In this document: one piece after another, positions 56,525-64,000 of the stretch
How the letters are laid out: each line of letters begins with the position of its first letter
How positions within the stretch are numbered: the stretch's first letter is position 1
Assembly: GCA_951406725.2 (NCBI GenBank)
Contig: OX597817.1
Coordinates: forward strand, 176,390,001-176,454,000
Direction of reading: 5' to 3'
Source of the DNA: Octopus vulgaris
Lineage: Eukaryota
Length of the DNA stretch: 64,000 bases
The notes under the pieces: generated by a model
The model's input: the letters and a program-made list of their open reading frames with translations, nothing else
What the model was told of the DNA's origin: nothing
Database searches by the model: none
Program-made: the position numbers and the translations under genes

Positions 56525-59500
56525 CACTGTAGAGAGACTTTTTGAACTCGGTATATAAATCCTTAAAAATGTTTTAGCCCGAAGGCCGCGGCCATGCTGG
56601 GGCACCACCGATGAATGAGCTACACTAATTTGTGAATCCACCTGTGATACGTGGCACTTGATCAACAAGGGAGTTCGATTCTGCTGCCCGCATCCGCGTC
56701 TCCTGTCGTGAGGTAGGCTCATCTGGGACTCCCAACAAGAAGAGATCCAGTTTAGTTTTAAAGAAACCCACATCCACACCATGTAAGTCTCTCAGGCATT
56801 TAGGGAGGATGTTAAAGAGCTGTGGTCCTCTGAAACCCAAGCTGTTGCAGTATCTGGACCTGTATTTTGATGGTGATGTTGGAATCCTTGGCACCATGCA
56901 GTGGCGCCCGTTCTGCGGTTGGAGTAACTTTGAATGCCAAAGTTTGGGACAAGACCCTCCAGGATTTTCCAGATGTATATCACCGCATATCTCTCCCGCC
57001 TCCGCTCTAGGGAGAAGAGGTTTAATACCTTCAGTCTTTCCCAGTAGCTGATATTTTGCATTGAGACGATTTTCTTTGTGTAGCTTCTCTGAATTGCTTC
57101 GAGTTCTGCTGTTAGTTTTATATTGTGTGGTGACCAAAGTTGGGAGCAGTAGTCCAAGCGGCTGAGGACGAATGTTTTCCATAGGACCATCAGTGTCTCC
57201 TTCTCTCTTGTTCTGAAAGTTCGGAGAATCCATCCAGCTAGCCGTCTGCATTTTATCACCAGATTAGCAATATGCATTTGGAAAGATGCATCATTGCTCA
57301 TGTCAATGCCCAGGTCACGCACTGATTTTGACTCAGGGATTGCAATTCTTCCTGGGCCAGTGTATCCAGTCTTCACGTCATTTACCTTTGTGTGCCAGTA
57401 GCGCAGGGCCTGGAACTTACCTGCATTAAACTGCATGTTGTTGTCCTCAGCCCACCTGTATATTGTGTCCAGCTCATGTTGCAGATGCGCAATATTTTCA
57501 GGGTTTTGTATTGCGTGGGAGACTTTTGTGTCATCTGCATAGCTAGCAAGGGTGGTCATCGTAGCAACTGAAGGCATGTCTGAAAGGGCCACTATGAACA
57601 TCAGTGGCCCCAAGACAGTGCCCTGTGGGACACCGCTTGTTATTTGCGTTTCCTTGGAGGTGGCTCCATTGCTCACAACTGCCTGTTTTCTGTCTTTTAG
57701 GAAGTTGTGCAGCCACTCTCCAAGTTTCCCGCCTATGCCGAGACCACGCAGTTTGTGACAGATCATACCATGGTCGACTTTATCAAAGGCTTTTGCAAAG
57801 TCGAGATATATTACATCCACATTTGAGCCATTTAGTAGCTGTTTCAACACCCAGTCATAGTGTTGCAGGAGCTGTGTTAGGCAGCCTCTACCTGGTCGAA
57901 ATCCATGCTGGGTGTCAGACAGCAAGTCATTTTCTTCAAGGAACATGATTAGTTTCTTACGGACTATTCGTTCCATGACTTTGCTGATGTGTGAGGTCAG
58001 AGAGATAGGCCTATAATTTTTAGCATCTGCTCTGCTACCTCCCTTATGGATAGGGCATATTACCCCCTCTTTCAATTTGACTGGGAGCTTACCACTTGCA
58101 AGAAAGCTCTGAAAAAGAAGCTGTAGCGGTTTTGCAAGGGCTCGTTTGCACGATTTGAGAAGGATCGCTGGGAATCCATCAGGTCCAGCAGCTGAGTTTG
58201 TGTCAATCTCATCAATGGCTAGTGTGATATCATCATCTTCGATGTTGATGTACTCAATTTTTGTCTCTTTGGCCGCAGGTAAAGTGGCAAAGAATTCTTC
58301 TGGGTTGTTTACTTGCCTGTGTCCTAGAGGTGTAGTGAACACACTTTGGAACTGTTCGTTCAGTATTTCACTTATCCTCGTGGGATTTCCTGTGAGAGAG
58401 CCATCTTTTTGGAAGAGAGGTCCTATTCTCTGGTGCACTGCTGGCTGTCTCTTTGGCAAACTTAAAGAAAGCTTTAGGGTTTGATTTTATATTTTCTATT
58501 ACCCAAGCTTCTTTATCTGCTCTCTCCTTTTCATGGGACTGATGTAGACTTTTCTCAGTTTCCATTAGCATTCTTTCGAGCCGAGACTTCTCACCACTTT
58601 TGGTGTGCTTGCTCAGGCGGTTTGCAATCCTTGTCCGTCGTCTCATAAGAATCCTCCTTTCTCTAGGGATCCTGTTTTTGTTCTTGTGTGTGCTGGCCCT
58701 GCACACTGGGACATATTTGTCACATATGGCTTGTATTATGGACATGAAGTGTTTGTGTTTCATGTTTATGTCCGGTGTGGAGAGACATTCAGGCCAATCC
58801 TGTTTGAGGATCTCTTTCTCAATCAACTTCCAGTTGGCTTTATGAAAGTTTAAGTTGGAGAGATGGTGGGTGCTTCGTATAGGCTGTGTGTCTACGGGGG
58901 CTTTTGTTCCATACATAGACAGCTCTATTATGTTGTGATCCGAGATCATTGTCGGCATCACATTAACATTATGGATAATATCCATATTGTTTGTGAAGCA
59001 GAGATCCAGTATATTATCTGCCCTTGTTGGTTGCAGAACTATTTGCTCCATGAAAGAGGCATTTGTGAGATGGAGCAGGGACTCCACCTGTGCCTGCTGA
59101 TGGTGTGTCATCCCTGGGAGCATCTGCCCCCAGGCCATTCCACATTGGGGAGGTTAAAGTCACCCATGAAGAATACACTGTTGTGCTGTTCAAGGTTGGT
59201 GAGGACTTCTCCTATTTTTGTTAGGCAGTCTTCAAACATGCCTGAGTGTTTTGGGGCATCTGGTGGGCGATATGTAGTGCATATGATGATATTCAGTTGT
59301 CTTATGTGTACAATTTGAGTTTCACATACTGAGTTTGAATATGACAGCAGGACCTGGGGCGTGAGGTCATCTCGGATGTACATTGCAACTCCACCATGGC
59401 TCCTCCCTTTTCTATCTGTGCGTATGACTGCATATTGCGGCATGTGTATTTCTGCATCACCTATATCGGGTTCAAGATGCGTTTCTGTGAGTGCCATGCA

Positions 59501-60499
59501 TATAGCTTGATTGCATGTCACAAGGTCTCTCAGGAATGAGATTTTCCTTTTACAGTTTCCGCGCAGCAGCCCTCCTACATTCAGTAGAAATATTTTTGTG
59601 GTGTGTGTGTTGGTGTTGGTGTCTGTGGTGGCCATCCTGCATCTGTTGGAGGTGGCCTTATGTGGTGGTAGTTCCAGCTCTGCGCCTGCAGCCAGGTCAG
59701 CTGCTGAACAATTTTTTGTGCCATGCACAAAAAAGATTGCTGTTCAGCTGCCGCCCTTCTCACATGTGGGTGAAGCCGGCCACCTGTTGGGTTTATGCGC
59801 ACCACATCTGCATACCGTCTTTCAGTAGTGGTCAGTGCGCTTTTTCCCTTCTTTTAACTTTTTCTTTTTGTTCTCCCTGAGGGAGGGACCTCTGTCTCGT
59901 GTCCGTGCGGTTTTGGTAGGGCTTCCGATGTGCAAAGCGACAGTTTGCACCTTCGACGCCGTACCAGCAGTCCCCCCTCAGGTAGAATTTGCAGATGTTT
60001 CTTTCTTTGGCCTTATAGTTCTTGCTGGAGTCCTTTTGTTTCCTCTGGACAGGGTTTCTTTTAGCTTTGATTTTGTCGCCTTTTACCTCCCGCTTCCCAT
60101 CAATTTTAGGGTGCTTTTCTTTTCTTGTGGCCATCGCACCTCTTTGGTCTTCAGTTGTGGTGTTGGGAGCTGGACATGTGTCATTGTTTCCCTGTGTTCT
60201 AGGTTTCTCCGTTTGGTTCTGGATGTTTTCTTCATCCTTTTGGCCTTCCCTGGTGCCGTCACATCCTAGGATGATGTCCAGGGTGTCTACATGTTGCCTG
60301 ATTAGAGCGTACGAACGGATAAATTCTCGCTTCTTTCGCTCTATCTGGGCGGTGGTTCTCGAAAAATTGTTGCTTTTCAGCGCCACTGCAATAATATTGT
60401 TCGGCGAGTCGTCCTCAGCAACCTTTCCAAGCGCGGACGAACAATTGCACCTCTCTCGCAGACCAGTTTCTTGCCATTTTCGTCTAGTGAAATATAGGA

Positions 60500-61050
60500 A
60501 CAGAGATAGAGATAGAGAAGGAAAGATAAGATGGAGAGGGAGAAGAGAAAGGAGAAAAGCCAGGGGGGGATAGAGAGAGAGACGAGGGGACTGTCCTGAG
60601 AGAAGAGAGAAAGAGAGAAAATAAAGAGAGGGCGCAGCAGAGGTGCAAGAGAGTGTAGTAAAGGGACAGGGAGGGTGGTGTAGAGAAAGAAATAAGGGGA
60701 CAGAAGGGGAAAAGGAAAAGGGGTTTGACCTGTGAAGGAGCGGAGAGGAAAGAGGCAGAGAGAGGGAGGGGGAGTAACAGAGAGAGAGAGAGAAAAAGAG
60801 GGCGGTATATAGATAAAGAGAGAATGAGTGAAGTTGAGGAACTGAGAGGGGGGTGAGATGTGAGAAAGTTGATCTGAGAGAGATGCAGAAAGAGAAACGA
60901 TGGCAGAGGGAGAGAGAGGAAGGAGGGGAGAGTGAGAGCGGAAATAGAGGGTCTGGTGGATGGAGAGACAGATAAGGTATAAAATGTATGAGAGAGATAG
61001 AAATAGAAATGTAAGAAAGAGAAGGAGAGAGTGTGTGGCAAATACGGAGG
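60500..61050. repeat. GA-rich polypurine tract upstream of ORF1
   Basis: About 550 bp strongly enriched in G/A on the + strand. Confidence 0.85.
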
Positions 61051-61300
61051 ACAAATTATAAAGATAGAATAGCGCGTATTTTTATATCTTTTTTAATTAT
61101 TATCTTCTGGTTGAAAGAACACTAATGATAATAAATAATAAAAATGTATGAGAGAGATAGAAATAGAAATGTAAGAAAGAGAAGGAGAGAGTGTGTGGCA
61201 AAAACGGAGGACAAAATATAAAGATAGAATAGCGCGTATTTTTATATCTTTTTTAATTATTATCTTCTGGTTGAAAGAACACTAATGATAATAAATAATA
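60981..61300. repeat. 160-bp two-copy tandem duplication
   Basis: 60981-61140 and 61141-61300 are nearly identical. Confidence 0.93.
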
Positions 61301-61839
61301 TTTTTCCTTACCTTACCGGCTGAGAGAATACTTACGTGATTCCTTTTTATAAGAAAGGAAGATAGATAGATAAGATAGACCTTTTATATTCCTTAATCGT
61401 ATTTTGTAAACAAAAGGAATTAGAGTTCCGATTTCGTACATGCAAACAATTTAACGATACTTTCTATATTTTCCTAAGCGATTTGGTATTAAGCAGCAAA
61501 TTTTTCAGAGGCTTTCAGAACACGCAGATATACGACATCAAAAACGAAAATATCCTTCTCAAAAATACTGTGTCTTGTTGATTCACAGACAAAGAATAAA
61601 ATTCACTTCGATTTCGGGAAGTAACACACGTGCTTTTTAACACATGTATTCGCGAGGTATGTTCTAGTTGCAAATACTATATCAAAAGCGAAAATATTCT
61701 TCTCAAATACAATGACTTGTTGTACTCTCACTTATATTCGCTTTGCAGACACAATTTCGCTTCTAATAACATCGATCTCTGGAAGGACTTCTTTAATCTT
61801 TAGGAGAGACACGTTAACACACACTTGTTGTTAGTTCAG

Positions 61840-61849
61840 CGCCATCTTG
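61840..61849 (-). promoter_or_regulatory. YY1-like motif CAAGATGGCG at the inferred LINE 5' terminus
   Basis: Matches the YY1 core AAGATGGCG and lies exactly at the junction with the (TA) spacer; function is inferred. Confidence 0.45.
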
Positions 61850-61853
61850 TATG

Positions 61854-61900
<47 letters not shown>

Positions 61901-62026
61901 GACTGTGGAGAGACTTTTTGAACACTGTGTATATCTATATATATAAAATTCTCTGTGGAGAGACTTTTTGAACACTGTGTATATATATATACATGAATTT
62001 CACTTTGGAAAGACTTTTTGAACACT

Positions 62027-62329
62027 GAGTCATGCAACCACACTCCAAGTTTTCCAGCTATGCCGAGGTCACGTAGTTTAAGGCATATCATACCATGATC
62101 CACCTTGTCAAAAGCTTTTGCAAAATCAAGGTAGATTACGTCCACATTTGATTTGTTGAGTAACTGCCTCAACACCCAGTCATAATGCTGTAAGAGCTGG
62201 GTCAGGCAGCTCCTACCTGGTCGGAAACCATGCTAGGTATTACTCAGCAAGTTATTTTCCTCAAGGAATGCGATTAGTCTCTTTCTGACTATCCGTTCCA
62301 TGAATTTGCTGATGTGTGAAGTCAGAGAG

Positions 62330-62333
<4 letters not shown>
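62027..62333 (-). mobile_element. CR1-group RT fragment (relative of the 56551 element)
   Basis: ISLTSHISK..HGFRPGRSCLTQLL..IYLDFAKAFDKVDH. Confidence 0.85.
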
Positions 62334-62361
<28 letters not shown>

Positions 62362-62366
<5 letters not shown>

Positions 62367-63328
62367 AAAAATTGAGGGAGATAAATTAATATTAATTTTA
62401 ATATCAATTTAAAACCAGTAGTCCAGCATTCAAAAAATCTGAGGAGTCAGAGAAAATTCAAGTATATGTGTATATTGGCAGGGCTGGCCTGCTAGGTAGC
62501 CGGACAGAATACTAGAAGAAGATCATCAACGATCAAACTACAAGGGAAATTCTCTAGAGGAAGAATTCAGCGAACACCAGAACCAACTTTGGCGGGCAGG
62601 ACATATGAAAAATTAAATAAATAACAGACTTAAATGCATACCTCGGTTTCGGTCTTAACAAAAGAATTACTTGCATAATTCAAGTGTCCGTGACTTCTTC
62701 AGTACATTCGGTCCTCGTGATGCAAACCGCAAGACTAACCCCAGCTCTCTGTGTCAAGACAGACACGTGCTTAGTCTTACTGATTACATCGGGAATAAAA
62801 TTTCAAATGTCTTGGTTCTGGCTCGCTGAGAGACTCCTGAAGCGAAGGACTGCAGTGAATAATTCACTGCGGATAGTGCTTACAACTAGGGAACGTATTT
62901 ATTTAAATATTTAAAAATTAAGGGAGATAAATGAATATTAATTTTAATATCAATTTAAAACCAGTAGTCCAGCATTCAAAAAATCTGAGGAGTCAGAGAA
63001 AATTCAAATATATGTGTATATTGGCAGGGCTGGCCTCAGGTAGCCGGCCAGAATACTAGAAGAAGATCATCAACGATCAAACTACAAGGGAAATTCTCTA
63101 GAGGAAGAATTCAGTGTTCGCGGAATTCTTCCTCTAGAGAATTTCCCTTGTAGTTTGATCGTTGATGATCTTCTTCTAGTATTCTGGCCGGCTACCTAGC
63201 AGGCCAGCCCTGCCAATATACACATATATTTGAATTTTCTCTGACTCCTCAGATTTTTTGAATGCTGGACTACTGGTTTTAAATTGATATTAAAATTAAT
63301 ATTAATTTATCTCCCTCAATTTTTAAAT
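62362..63328 (-). mobile_element. Hammerhead-bearing element: ~550-bp monomer, partial direct repeat and inverted copy
   Basis: 62362-62570 is repeated directly at 62911-63113 and inverted at 63114-63328. Confidence 0.8.
62633..62708 (-). ncRNA. Type I hammerhead ribozyme with extended stem-loop II
   Basis: Minus strand AATGTA-CTGAAGA-aGTC..(GAATTA..TAATTC hairpin)..GACc-GAAA-CC ga GG-TA-TGCATT. Confidence 0.75.
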
Positions 63329-63348
63329 ATATATATATATATATACAT

Positions 63349-64000
63349 ATCTCTCTGACTTCACACATCAGCAAATTCATGGAACGGATAGTCAGAAAGA
63401 GACTAATCGCATTCCTTGAGGAAAATAACTTGCTGAGTAATACCTAGCATGGTTTCCGACCAGGTAGGAGCTGCCTGACCCAGCTCTTACAGGATACACC
63501 GGTCCACAGGGAATTTCAATCCCAGAGCCTAAGTCTGTGAGGGACCTGGGTATCGACATGAGTGATGATACCTCTTTCCAAGTGCACATTACCAGGATGG
63601 CGACAAAGTGCAGACGACTGGCTGGATGGATCCTTAGAACATTCAGAACAAGAGATAAGAAAACCATGATGGTTCTCTGGCGGACTTTCGTCCTCAGCCG
63701 CCTGGATTACTGCTCACAGCTATGGTCATCCACCAGTGTAAAGTAAACAGCGGATCTTTAAGCAATCCAGAGAAGATTCACAAAGAAGATCATCTCTTTG
63801 CAACAGTTCAGCTACTGGGAAAGGTTGAAACAGCTAAGACTCTACTCCCTGGAGAGAAGACGGGAGAGGTATGCAGTAATATATGTCTGGAAGATCCTGG
63901 AAAGAATTGTGCCAAATTTTGGCATTGTAAGCTACACCAATGCTAGAACGGGACGACACTGCATAGTGCCAAAGATCCCAGCAATGACATCACTCTTCAG
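63349..64000 (+). mobile_element. CR1-group RT fragment with internal deletion, running off the window
   Basis: ISLTSH..TQLL jumps to GYTGPQG..VRDLGIDMS..SRLDYCSQLWS; stops present. Confidence 0.85.

Larger units (their letters stand above)
56551..61849 (-). mobile_element. CR1-group LINE, second family, probably full length (~5.3 kb), frameshifted; 5' extent inferred
   Basis: ORF1-like 59832-60386 with CCCH finger CKFYLRGDCWYG..CRFAH; APE 59108-59728 and 58368-59138 (ALTETHL, YRPP, MGDFN, ISDH); RT 56792-58459 (YADD). Non-array sequence ends at 61849. Confidence 0.85.
39144..62027 (+). repeat. Array of ~35-bp unit AAAATTCACTGTGGAGAGACTTTTTGAACACTGTG with variable (TA)n spacers; about 30 full or partial copies, interrupted by TEs
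   Basis: Copies near 39144, 39201, 40890, 41498-42360, 46425-46860, 53502, 55923-56545 and 61895-62027, all in the same orientation. Confidence 0.92.

Noticed and set aside
60377-61054. Leu/Ser/Pro/Phe-rich ORFs resembling membrane proteins
   Set aside because: Products of the polypyrimidine strand.
39144-62027. CRISPR array interpretation of the 35-bp repeats
   Set aside because: Spacers are (TA)n of variable length, not unique sequences; no cas genes; eukaryotic context.

Overview
A 64-kb, very AT-rich, repeat-saturated animal region with no recognisable host gene. The SINE and LINE types suggest an octopus or other cephalopod (inference). There are two domains. (1) 1-37.4 kb: degenerate trinucleotide microsatellite (TAA/TAG/CAT) holding five co-oriented R4/Dong-like RLE retrotransposon copies (three families), a CR1-like fragment, a tRNA-derived SINE and higher-order repeats. 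(2) 38.3-64 kb: an array of a ~35-bp unit (AAAATTCACTGTGGAGAGACTTTTTGAACACTGTG) separated by variable (TA)n spacers. It is interrupted by an intact Merlin transposon, two long CR1-like LINEs, an RTE fragment, a SINE tail, a Penelope-like element (RT + GIY-YIG) and several non-coding elements. The main signal missing from the ORF track is eight type I hammerhead ribozyme motifs in six different elements. Most sit in fold-back elements, three of which have a one-sided extension, and one has a compensatory G3:C8 core swap. This looks like an autonomous Penelope plus non-autonomous retrozyme-like partners. All structures were read by eye; no searches were run, and coordinates of repeat boundaries are approximate.
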